Counted from the stretch's first letter, positions 8,008 to 15,694 are shown. The stretch is 17,549 nt of DNA from Candidatus Methylomirabilota bacterium (GCA_046726415.1 JBKPAK010000105.1:1-17549); one strand, 5' to 3'. Numbers and translations are program-made. Notes: generated from the sequence alone by a model not told the origin.

Positions 8008-8832
8008 ATGGGACAGCTGGACGGGAAGGTGGCCATCGTGACGGGGTCCGGCCGTGGAATCGGCCAGCAAGTAGCGCGGCGCCTGGCGCGGGACGGCGCC
8101 AGCGTCGTGATCAACGACCTGGACGACGAGCCCGCCGCCGAGACGATCAGGCTCATCCAGGCCATGGGCGGCAAGGCCGTCGCCTGCAATGGCGACGTCA
8201 CCGCGAAGGACTTCGGGGAGCGCATCGTCGACACCGCGGTGAAACAGCTCGGCGGCCTGCATGTCATCGTCAACAACGCCGGGTACACCTGGGACAACGT
8301 CATCCAAAAGATGACCGACGAACAGTGGTATGCCATCCTCGACGTCCACCTCACCGCGCCGTTCCGCATCCTGCGCGCGTTCGCGCCGTACCTGCGCGCG
8401 GCTCACGAGGAAGAGACGAAGCGCGGGCTGCGCGTGGTCCGCAAGGTCGTGAACATTTCGTCGACGTCGGGTGTCAATGGCAACCCCGGTCAGATCAACT
8501 ACTCATCGGCCAAGGCCGCCATCATGGGCATGACGAAGACGATGGCCAAGGAGTGGGGGCGCTACAGCGTCACCGTCAACGCGGTGGCTTTCGGCTACAT
8601 CCAGACGCGCCTCACCCAGCCCCTGGCCGAGGGTGAGGCCGGCAGCATCGAGGTGCAGGGTCGCAAGGTGAGGGTGGGCGTGCAAGGATCGCGGATCGCC
8701 GCGTTGAATCAGATGATCCCTCTGGGGCGCGGAGGCACGCCGGAGGAAGCGGCGGGCGCCGTCTATCTCTTTTGCAGCCCGGACAGCGACTACGTGAGCG
8801 GACAAACTCTGGTGGTCACTGGGGGTCTCTGA
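8008..8832 (+). CDS. SDR family oxidoreductase, 3-oxoacyl-ACP/CoA reductase (FabG-like)
   Basis: ATG 8008 after GAGGAG (7998-8003). VAIVTGSGRGIG, VIVNNAG, VVNISS, GQINYSSAKA (YxxxK), VNAVAFGYIQT, IPLGRGGTPEE, DYVSGQTL. Confidence 0.93.
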   Translation: MGQLDGKVAIVTGSGRGIGQQVARRLARDGASVVINDLDDEPAAETIRLIQAMGGKAVACNGDVTAKDFGERIVDTAVKQLGGLHVIVNNAGYTWDNVIQKMTDEQWYAILDVHLTAPFRILRAFAPYLRAAHEEETKRGLRVVRKVVNISSTSGVNGNPGQINYSSAKAAIMGMTKTMAKEWGRYSVTVNAVAFGYIQTRLTQPLAEGEAGSIEVQGRKVRVGVQGSRIAALNQMIPLGRGGTPEEAAGAVYLFCSPDSDYVSGQTLVVTGGL

Positions 8833-9911
8833 TGCTGTACCGCACCCGCGACCTCAGGATCGAGAGCTTCCGCCCCCTCATTCCGCCGGCGATCCTCGTC
8901 GAGGAGCTCCCCCTCAGCGAGCAGGGTTCGGCCACCGTGGCTCGCGCTCGCGAACAGGTCGCGCGCATCCTGAATGAGCAGGACGACCGCGTGGTGGTGA
9001 TCGTGGGGCCCTGCTCCATCCACGACCCCGTGGCCGCCATGGACTATGCCGGCCGCCTCAAAGCCATCGCCGACGAGCTGCGGGACGATCTCTGCATCGT
9101 CATGCGCGTCTACTTCGAGAAACCGCGCACCACGGTCGGCTGGAAGGGCCTCATCAACGATCCGCGTCTCGATGGGAGCTTTGTGATCAACGAGGGGCTG
9201 CGGCGCGCCCGGCGCCTGCTCGTCGACCTCGCGGAGCTGGGGCTGCCGGCAGGCTGCGAGTTCCTGGATCCCATCTCGCCGCAGTTCACCGCAGATCTGG
9301 TTTCCTGGGGGGCCATCGGCGCGCGCACCACGGAGAGCCAGGTGCACCGCGAGCTGGCCTCCGGCCTCTCCATGCCCATTGGCTTCAAGAACGGCACGGA
9401 CGGCGGCGTGCAGATCGCCATCGATGCCGTTCGCTCCAGCGCGCATCCGCACAATTTCCTGGGGGTGACCGAGCAGGGGCTTTGCGCGATCGTCTCCACC
9501 CGCGGTAACCCCGACTGCCACGTGATCCTGCGCGGCGGGGCCAGCGGCCCGAACTACGACGCGGTCAGCGTGCAGAAGACGGCGGACGCGCTGCGGACCG
9601 CCGGTTTGCCCGCGCGCATCATGATCGACACCAGCCACGGCAACAGCAGCAAGGATCACCGCAAGCAGCCGCTGGTCGCCCGCGACATCGCCGAGCAAGT
9701 GAGCGAGGGAGAGACGGCCATCTTCGGGGTGATGATCGAGAGCTTCCTGGAGGAAGGCCGCCAGGATCTCGTCGATCCCGACACCCTGCGCTACGGCCAG
9801 AGCATCACCGACGCCTGCATCGACTGGGCGGCGACGATGCCTGTCCTGCAAGGGCTGGCGCAGGCGGTGCGATCTCGCCGCGGAGGTCCGAAGCTCACGT
9901 CGCGCCGCTGA
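8832..9911 (+). CDS. aroG: 3-deoxy-7-phosphoheptulonate (DAHP) synthase, class I-alpha (AroF/AroG/AroH type)
   Basis: ATG 8832 overlaps the SDR stop (TGATG). IVGPCSIHD, MRVYFEKPRTTVGWKGLINDP, WGAIGARTTESQVHRELASG, GFKNGTDG, HVILRGG, IDTSHGNS, GVMIES, YGQSITDACI. The feedback isoform cannot be assigned. Confidence 0.97.
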   Translation: MLYRTRDLRIESFRPLIPPAILVEELPLSEQGSATVARAREQVARILNEQDDRVVVIVGPCSIHDPVAAMDYAGRLKAIADELRDDLCIVMRVYFEKPRTTVGWKGLINDPRLDGSFVINEGLRRARRLLVDLAELGLPAGCEFLDPISPQFTADLVSWGAIGARTTESQVHRELASGLSMPIGFKNGTDGGVQIAIDAVRSSAHPHNFLGVTEQGLCAIVSTRGNPDCHVILRGGASGPNYDAVSVQKTADALRTAGLPARIMIDTSHGNSSKDHRKQPLVARDIAEQVSEGETAIFGVMIESFLEEGRQDLVDPDTLRYGQSITDACIDWAATMPVLQGLAQAVRSRRGGPKLTSRR

Positions 9912-9914
9912 CGT

Positions 9915-9945
9915 GGGCCAGTCGCCTCAGCGAGGCGACTGGCTC
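9915..9945. terminator. Strong hairpin between convergent aroG and DUF2071 genes (probable bidirectional terminator or RNA stabiliser)
   Basis: Perfect 12-bp stem GCCAGTCGCCTC (9917-9928) / GAGGCGACTGGC (9932-9943) with AGC loop. No U tract. Confidence 0.6.
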
Positions 9946-9958
9946 CGTCGGCCGCCCC

Positions 9959-10714
9959 TCAGGGAGGTGGATGCTTCGCGCGTTGCGGTGCCCAGACGCG
10001 GACATCCTGGCGCCGCGCGAAATGCAGGAGCGGTGCGCCGGCGAGCCGGTCGATCCCCTGGGCCCCGGCCATCGTATTCTTCTCGAAGATCGCCTGGGCG
10101 GGCTGCAGTGCCCAGGGCCGATGGTCGATCTCCGCGCGCAGCACGTCGCCACGCCGAGAGACCGCGTACAGGCAGTAGCGCTCAGTCAGCCAGTGCTCGA
10201 GCGTACCCGGCCGAGCGTGGAACACCTCACCGCGCGGGCCGTAGCGCGCGGCCAGCTCGGCCCTCGGCGCCCTCCGGAGCGTTCGGACGCTGGTGTAGCA
10301 GACATTCTCCCCGTCGCGCGTGCACGCCATCTTGGCGCGGAAATACGGTAGGCCAAACCACGCCCGCGCGACGGCCACCGCCAGCCAGTTCGCCGCGTCG
10401 AGAGAGAGGAACCACACACCCGGTCTCTCTCCGTACCTCACGTACGTCCGGACGTTCACTTCGGGGAATGCCGAAAACCCGGGAAGGGGAGGGATGCCCC
10501 GCAGCCGTACGCCGCTCATCCAGAAGGGGACGACCCCCAGCCAGGCCGTCCCGTGGAAGGTGTCCAGCTCGAGCGCGCTCGGAAGCGTTCCGCGAAGGGT
10601 CTCCCGCGCGATGGGCCAGTGCGCGAACAGAAGATCGTGCCAGACCTGGGCCATGATCCACGGTCCCGGAGGCGTGGGCCACGGACGGTGGGCGACCGCG
10701 TCGAGGTCGCACAT
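9959..10714 (-). CDS. DUF2071 / YqjF family protein
   Basis: HRPWP..PGPWIMAQVWHDLLFAHW, LELDTFHGTAWLGVVPF, FPEVNVRTYV, PGVWFLSLDA, LPYFRA, WLTERYCLY, HRPWALQPA. Confidence 0.9.
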   Translation of the reverse strand: MCDLDAVAHRPWPTPPGPWIMAQVWHDLLFAHWPIARETLRGTLPSALELDTFHGTAWLGVVPFWMSGVRLRGIPPLPGFSAFPEVNVRTYVRYGERPGVWFLSLDAANWLAVAVARAWFGLPYFRAKMACTRDGENVCYTSVRTLRRAPRAELAARYGPRGEVFHARPGTLEHWLTERYCLYAVSRRGDVLRAEIDHRPWALQPAQAIFEKNTMAGAQGIDRLAGAPLLHFARRQDVRVWAPQRAKHPPP

Positions 10715-10749
10715 GGCGCAACTGGCCCGAGACGAGGCCGACGAACGCG

Positions 10750-11631
10750 TCAGGAACGGTCGCCCGCAAGCATCCGGAACGGACAGCCGGACCCACGCGC
10801 TGCCCGGCCCGCGGCGCGCGCGGCCGGCCAGTGGCGGACAATCGACGGCGTCAGGGGCAGCAGCGTGCGGACGAGCGCGGTGGTCCGCCGAAGCATGGCC
10901 TCGCGCCGTAAGCTCCAGGGAAAGCCATAGTCGGCGCGGATCGCGGGCGGCAGCAGACCAAGGGTCGTCAGGCGCATGAAGCCGATCGCCGGCCTGGCGA
11001 TCAGAGGCATCTGGGGATAGACGATCGCGCGCGCCAGCCCCCGTGCGGTGTCGGTCACGCTGATTTCCCCGCTCGCGAACATCGCGTCCATGTATCGGTG
11101 AAGCTCACTGACGCTCCGCGGAAGGCGCCCCTCGGGAATGCCGAAGTGTCCCTCGATAGCGCTGGCCTCCGCACAGTAGCGGTCTTTCTTGGCGAGGGGC
11201 AAGGGCTCCACGAAGAGCTCGTAGATCCGCAGGTTCATGTCGAGCAAGGTCGCGTGGACCCAGGCGAGCAGGGTCGGGTCGTGCGCCGAGTAGAACGTGC
11301 CCGCCGGGAAGATGCCTGCGGTCTGAGGCAACCGGCCATGTACGCGGTCGTGGATTGCGTTGATGCGCGCCACAGCGGCCAGGGTATCTGCCTCGGTGCC
11401 GAAGCACAGTTTCAGCATCGCCTCCAGGGTCCGGTGAAGGCGTCGGGCGCGCCCCCAGCGTTCGGCGCGAAATGCGCTGTGGTCGGCCACCCCGCGCGCC
11501 ACGAGAGGATGCGCAAACTGGAGCAGGATCGCCGGGCCCCAGGCCAGAAGCAGGATGATTTCCCGTTGAAGCCTCGGGGCGACGGTGCCCGCGCCGGGCG
11601 CCGCGGTGTGGAGGGTGTCCGGTCCCGCCAT
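10750..11631 (-). CDS. DUF2236 / oxygenase MpaB family protein
   Basis: ATG 11631 with AGAGGAGG upstream. AILLQFAHPLVARGVADHSAF, RINAIHDRVHG, YSAHDPTLLAWVHATL, GLLPPAIRADYGFPW. Confidence 0.88.
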   Translation of the reverse strand: MAGPDTLHTAAPGAGTVAPRLQREIILLLAWGPAILLQFAHPLVARGVADHSAFRAERWGRARRLHRTLEAMLKLCFGTEADTLAAVARINAIHDRVHGRLPQTAGIFPAGTFYSAHDPTLLAWVHATLLDMNLRIYELFVEPLPLAKKDRYCAEASAIEGHFGIPEGRLPRSVSELHRYMDAMFASGEISVTDTARGLARAIVYPQMPLIARPAIGFMRLTTLGLLPPAIRADYGFPWSLRREAMLRRTTALVRTLLPLTPSIVRHWPAARAAGRAARGSGCPFRMLAGDRS

Positions 11632-11774
11632 GATAGCGCCTCCTCTCGACGCAGAGCGATACGTGGTCGACGATCGGGCCTCAGGCTCATTATGCGCTGC
11701 TCTCGACAAGCCCCGGGAGTCTTGGTTCAGGGTCGGCCGGGATCGTGGGGTCGGCCCCTGGCCGCGGACGGCGG

Positions 11775-12380
11775 TCAGGGACCACGGACGATCTGGCGGA
11801 AGGTGAGGCTGATCCGCTCCGCATGGATGCCGGGCTCGCGCGGGATGCCGTGGCGGAAGTGACGCTGGCAGGTTCCGCCCATGACGAACAAGGCGCCGTG
11901 GCCCAGGTCTATGACCCGTCGAGGGCCGTCGCTCCGCCGGCGCGGGACCAGCACGAGGCGCCGCGAGACGCCGAGTGAGGCGGTGGCCACGACGGGGTCG
12001 TCTCCCAGCTCGGCCTCGTCGTCGGAGTGAAGACCGATGCTATCGTCGCCCGTGCGGTAGCGATTGATGAGGACGTGGTTGAACGGCACACCCGCGCGTT
12101 CACGCACCCGCCCCAGGAGCGCAGTAACGCTGGGAGTCAAGGGCCGCGGCTCAAGTGTCTGACCCGAGTACCGGTAGCCGACATTCCCAGCCCAGGCGAT
12201 CAACCGCGGCTGGAGGATCGACCGTCCGAACAGAACGATCTCCCGTTGCTCCCAGGTGAGTTCCTCGCGGAGCGTCGCGAGCAGCTGATCGGCCGTCCCT
12301 GGATCGATCCAGCTCGGCTCGTGCTCGATCCAGGCACCGCGCGCCAGCGAGACTCGCACGACCGTCCCTCTGGCCGTCAT
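11775..12380 (-). CDS. alkB: AlkB-family Fe(II)/2-oxoglutarate dioxygenase (ALKBH2/3-like alkylated nucleic acid repair)
   Basis: QPRLIAW, YRYSG, FNHVLINRYRTGDDSIGLHSDDE (HxD), SLG, LFVMGG..QRHFRHGIP (distal His), RISLTFR. Confidence 0.92.
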   Translation of the reverse strand: MTARGTVVRVSLARGAWIEHEPSWIDPGTADQLLATLREELTWEQREIVLFGRSILQPRLIAWAGNVGYRYSGQTLEPRPLTPSVTALLGRVRERAGVPFNHVLINRYRTGDDSIGLHSDDEAELGDDPVVATASLGVSRRLVLVPRRRSDGPRRVIDLGHGALFVMGGTCQRHFRHGIPREPGIHAERISLTFRQIVRGP

Positions 12381-14638
12381 CGCGAGGAAGCCGAAATGAT
12401 CCCGCCGTCGGGTCGGAGATCGTAGAGCTCCATCCGGCCCGCGCGGCGGCCCTGGGCGAGGCGGCGCGAGGCCTCGACGTGTCCAGGAGCCGAGGCGAGA
12501 TCACCGCCTCGCGTGCGCGCGCCGCCCTCTCCTGCACTGTCGTCCTCGGCGGTCGAGCGCCAGAGAGCCGGATCAACGAGAGTGCCGTGGGCGCGGATCC
12601 AATCGGCGGTCGGCCCCAGCGCCACTTCCCCTCCCAGCCGGCGGCTGACCACGGAAAGGTCGCCCAACATGGCGAAGCGGAGCTGCCTCGTCTCGACCAT
12701 GTGCGCGAGTTTCTCGGGACTCAGGATGGGATCCAGCCCGTGGAACCCGCCCATGGCCATGACCGGCTCGCCGGTCTCGATGATGATGGGCGCGGCCAGC
12801 CGGGTACTCGAGGTCGCCAGGAGATAGCGCTCGCCCTGGCGGTTGCTCTGGAGAAGGCCAACGAGCTTCGCGGTGCTCGCGGGTATTCCAGCCCGACCTC
12901 GAACGGGCAAGTCGGCCGTGATGATGTGGCCATCCAGCCGCAATACTTCGGCCGCGGGAAGCACGGGAATGCCTGGGACCAGCACACTGCTCAGCGCCCA
13001 GGCCATGGGGATCACCAGCAAAGCAAGGAGCGCCACGCCCAGAGCCACGCCGGCGAGGTTGCGAACCAATCGACCTCGTCGCTCGAGAAGGAGCATGACG
13101 AGGAGACAGGCGACGGCGGCCAAGGTTCCGCCCAGGAGGGCGACGTGCAGAGAGATTCGCCAGTCGCCCTCTCCTCCGTGCGCAGCGATGAGGACCGCGC
13201 TCAGGCTGGGCGATCGACCGAACCTCCAACCCAGAGCGGTCGCCTCGACATAGACCTGCGACGCGGCGGTGAGGGTCAGGGTGCCGGGGAGCAGGAGAGC
13301 GCCCCACCCGCCCTCGAGATAGCACGTCCACAACCGCATCGCGCCAACGCCGGCCAGCGCGGCGAGCGGCGGGGCGAGCGCCGAGAGGTAGTAGAAGTGG
13401 AAGATGCCGGCCGCGTAGCTGTAGACGATTCCGTAACTGAGCATCCAGCCCGCCCACAGGATCAATGACAGGTCAGTCGCGGCGAGTCGCCGGCGGACCC
13501 TGCTCTGCAGCGCCCCGACCACCGGCCCCATCACCGCCAGCGGAAACAACCACCCCACCTGAGCGGCCAACTGCCCGTCGGCAAGTCGCAGTGGCCCTAC
13601 CGGGGATCGGACGAACACCCTTGCCCCTCCGATCAGAGCGCCTGCCGGCGGGACCGCCCCGGACGCAGGATTCGCGGCCGCTGACGGTGTGGTCCACGCG
13701 CCCTCGCCTCCGGTCCGGGACGGGCGCGCGAGCTTCACGAACCGCCCGATGCCGTTGTGGCCGATGGCCAGGTCGACCATCGAGTTCTCCTTGCTACTGC
13801 CGACGAATGGCCGATGTCCGGCCGGAGTGAGGTCGTAGGCCAACACCCAAGGAAGGGACGCCGCCACCAGGATGAGACCAGCCAGCGCGAGGTCGACGAC
13901 ACGGCGTCGCCAACCCACAGGTGCTCCCAGGAAATAGACGAGGGCGAAGGTTGGCACCACGACGAACGCGGCCAGCATCTTGACGTTGAAGCCGAGCCCA
14001 ATCAGGGCGCTGGCCAGCAGCAAAAGGCCCCGGTGTCCCTCCTCGGAGGCGCGCGTCAAGGCCCAGGCCGCCAGGAGGAGAACCAGGACAAGGCAACTCT
14101 CGGGGTTGCCCGAACGGTCGACGGCGACGCTGACCGGGGTGAGGGCCAGGAAGAGCGCGGAGAGCAGGCCCGCCGGCGCTCCGAAGCGGCGGAGGACGAG
14201 GTGGTGGATCAGCCACACCGCGGCCACGCCCTCGAGGGCTTGCGGAAGCAGGACGCTCAGTCCGTGAAAGCCGAAGAGCTTGACGCTGGCCACCTGGACC
14301 CAGAGCGCGACCGGAGGTTTGTCGACGGAGACGAACCCGGCGGGATCGAAGGAGTTGTAGAGAAACGCGTGGAGGCTCGACGCCATGCTTCGGACGGCGG
14401 CGGCGTAGTACTCGTTGTCGAAGCCATTCTGGTCCAGCCGCCACACCCGGAGCGCTCCTGCCAGCAGGAGCACCGCCCCGTGCGCCAAGCGGAGAATGGG
14501 GAACTGGCCCCGCTCGGTCAGGGGGTCGTCGGGTGGACAGTTCTCGCCGGCCTCGGCGGTGTTCGCCTCGCTCACCTTCGGTCTTTCCCCCCGCTCAACG
14601 CGTCTCTCGGCGGGGCCCTGCGATGCTCGGCGCCTCAC
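12377..14638 (-). CDS. Glycosyltransferase family 39 / ArnT-PMT-like integral membrane glycosyltransferase (YkcB/YycA-like); start uncertain (GTG 14692, 14638 or 14575)
   Basis: DNEYYAAAVRSM, SFDPAGFVSVDKPP, LPQALEG, GLGFNVKML, RPFVGSS, HNGIGR, FHFYY, many hydrophobic helices, C-terminal AAPIIIETGEPVMAMGGFHGLDP. The stop overlaps the alkB ATG (ATGA). Confidence 0.9.
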   Translation of the reverse strand: MRRRASQGPAERRVERGERPKVSEANTAEAGENCPPDDPLTERGQFPILRLAHGAVLLLAGALRVWRLDQNGFDNEYYAAAVRSMASSLHAFLYNSFDPAGFVSVDKPPVALWVQVASVKLFGFHGLSVLLPQALEGVAAVWLIHHLVLRRFGAPAGLLSALFLALTPVSVAVDRSGNPESCLVLVLLLAAWALTRASEEGHRGLLLLASALIGLGFNVKMLAAFVVVPTFALVYFLGAPVGWRRRVVDLALAGLILVAASLPWVLAYDLTPAGHRPFVGSSKENSMVDLAIGHNGIGRFVKLARPSRTGGEGAWTTPSAAANPASGAVPPAGALIGGARVFVRSPVGPLRLADGQLAAQVGWLFPLAVMGPVVGALQSRVRRRLAATDLSLILWAGWMLSYGIVYSYAAGIFHFYYLSALAPPLAALAGVGAMRLWTCYLEGGWGALLLPGTLTLTAASQVYVEATALGWRFGRSPSLSAVLIAAHGGEGDWRISLHVALLGGTLAAVACLLVMLLLERRGRLVRNLAGVALGVALLALLVIPMAWALSSVLVPGIPVLPAAEVLRLDGHIITADLPVRGRAGIPASTAKLVGLLQSNRQGERYLLATSSTRLAAPIIIETGEPVMAMGGFHGLDPILSPEKLAHMVETRQLRFAMLGDLSVVSRRLGGEVALGPTADWIRAHGTLVDPALWRSTAEDDSAGEGGARTRGGDLASAPGHVEASRRLAQGRRAGRMELYDLRPDGGIISASSR
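14530..14593. repeat. Short palindromic (REP/RPE-like) element inside the 5' coding region of the glycosyltransferase
   Basis: Imperfect terminal inverted repeat CGGGTGGACAG (14530-14540) / CTTTCCCCCCG (14583-14593), 9 of 11 paired, enclosing mini-hairpins CGCCG-gcct-CGGCG (14545-14558), GGTG..CACC (14558-14576) and CCTTCGG (14575-14581). Single copy in this window. Confidence 0.35.
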
Positions 14639-14850
14639 TGCGTCGAGAGTGACTCGGCCACCGCGGGGCTCCGCTCTGGCGGACTCTGCCACTCCTCATC
14701 GGCAACTTTGGCCAGGAAGTCCCGGATGTTGGTCGGGCCTCGTGTGGCCAGCACGTCACCCAACAGCAGCAGGAGGGGTGCCGCGATCAGGCAGCCTCCG
14801 GCCATGGTGCGTCGGAATTTCGAGGCGTTCGAGAGGGAGGAAGGACTCAC
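14635..14850 (-). CDS. Small (71 aa) hypothetical protein with one hydrophobic segment; possibly a truncated membrane-protein remnant
   Basis: GTG 14850 overlaps the toxin TGA (GTGA). MSPSSLSNASKFRRTMAGGCLIAAPLLLLLGDVLATRGPTNIRDFLAKVADEEWQ...STQ*. Its TGA overlaps an in-frame GTG of the glycosyltransferase. Confidence 0.45.
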   Translation of the reverse strand: MSPSSLSNASKFRRTMAGGCLIAAPLLLLLGDVLATRGPTNIRDFLAKVADEEWQSPPERSPAVAESLSTQ

Positions 14851-15287
14851 CGGCGAGGGCCCGATGGTCCCAGGACCCGAAAACCCTCCCGCTCGGCGGC
14901 GTCGGCCTGGGTCGGGTCGAAGGTCACGAACTCGAGGCTCGCCGGCTCGTCCTCGGCCGCCACGAGGGCGGCGCCGATTTGGATGGCGTCCGCGGCCCGC
15001 AGCGGGTACGCGTCGACCACGCGTTCGGCCTGTCGGCGAACGAGATCGACGGATGTGACTTCGGACCAATGGGGCCAGGCCTCGAGGATCTCGCGCCGCG
15101 CTGCGAGGAGCCGGCGTCCTGCCCTCGGCTCAGCTCGTCGGCGTCGGGCCAGCGCCGAGATGATCTCCACCCGAGTGAGCGTCCAGACCACGACGTCGGG
15201 ATCGTCGCGGAGCCAGCGCTCGGCGTGCGATGTCCCCGGCTCGTTGACGACGAGCGCCACCAGCGCGGAGGTGTCCCAGAACCTCAC
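14847..15287 (-). CDS. vapC: PIN-domain (VapC-type) toxin
   Basis: GTG 15287 overlaps the antitoxin stop (GTGA). MRFWDTSALVALVVNE, LTRVEIISALARR, LRAADAIQIGAAL, FVTFD: the four acidic PIN positions are present. Confidence 0.92.
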   Translation of the reverse strand: MRFWDTSALVALVVNEPGTSHAERWLRDDPDVVVWTLTRVEIISALARRRRAEPRAGRRLLAARREILEAWPHWSEVTSVDLVRRQAERVVDAYPLRAADAIQIGAALVAAEDEPASLEFVTFDPTQADAAEREGFRVLGPSGPRR

Positions 15288-15580
15288 CAGCCCGACTCCC
15301 GTTCCCGCACCAGATCCCTCAGGACGCTTCCGCGCAGGCGCGGTGGACGCCGCTTCCCGAGCCACCCGGGGAGTTTTCCGGATCCCCGACGAATCAGCCC
15401 ACGGCGCTCGAGACGGTCCAGGCGACCGCGGTCCCGTCCGTTTTCGAGGCGTCCAGTCACGGGGACGATCTGCGCGACCGGCCGATCGCGGTCCAGCACC
15501 ACGACGGTGCCACCGCCCTTCACGTGACCGAGGTAGGCGGACAGGCGATTCTTCAGCTCTCCTATCTTGGCCCTTTCCAT
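15284..15580 (-). CDS. Phd/YefM-family antitoxin
   Basis: MERAKIGELKNRLSAYLGHVKGGGTVVVLDRDRPVAQIVP is a typical Phd N-terminal DNA-binding domain. It lies directly upstream of the PIN gene. Confidence 0.92.
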   Translation of the reverse strand: MERAKIGELKNRLSAYLGHVKGGGTVVVLDRDRPVAQIVPVTGRLENGRDRGRLDRLERRGLIRRGSGKLPGWLGKRRPPRLRGSVLRDLVRERESGW

Positions 15581-15615
15581 ATGGCTACATTAGCTAAATT
15601 GCCACGTGCGCACAA
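15581..15615 (-). promoter_or_regulatory. Leaderless TA promoter with overlapping operator-like palindrome
   Basis: Minus strand TTGTGC (15615-15610), 17 nt spacer, TAATGT (15592-15587), 6 nt, ATG. Perfect palindrome TTAGCTAA (15590-15597) and a related half-repeat TGGCTACAT overlap the -10. Confidence 0.65.
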
Positions 15616-15617
15616 CA

Positions 15618-15694
15618 CCGCCGTGGTCGCCAACCGGCGGGGACCCCACCAGGCGAGGCCGCCTGGAGCGGTCAGGGGACCCGGGCGGCGGGTC
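15618..15694. terminator. Three tandem GC-rich hairpins downstream of the OppF-like gene (possible terminator or insulator before the TA promoter)
   Basis: CCGCCG (15618-15623)/CGGCGG (15635-15640); CCAGGCG-aggc-CGCCTGG (15649-15666); GACCCG-ggcgg-CGGGTC (15678-15694). No U tract. Confidence 0.4.

Noticed and set aside
3379..9911. Phenazine-type cluster (PhzG-like oxidase, DAHP synthase, methyltransferase)
   Set aside because: PhzC is a class II DAHP synthase whereas this one is class I-alpha. No phzA/B, D, E or F is present, and the genes lie in different transcription units.
11689..11709. Promoter for the DUF2236 gene (CATAAT with TTGTCG upstream, minus strand)
   Set aside because: The spacing between the hexamers is only 9 nt, and the -10 alone is insufficient support.
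11730..11756. Direct repeat GGGTCGGCC x2 between alkB and the DUF2236 gene
   Set aside because: Only two 9-bp GC-rich copies, compatible with chance and not a CRISPR or iteron array.
14635..15694. TA pair as part of a mobile element or integron cassette
   Set aside because: No transposase or integrase, no target-site duplication and no convincing attC-like site found.
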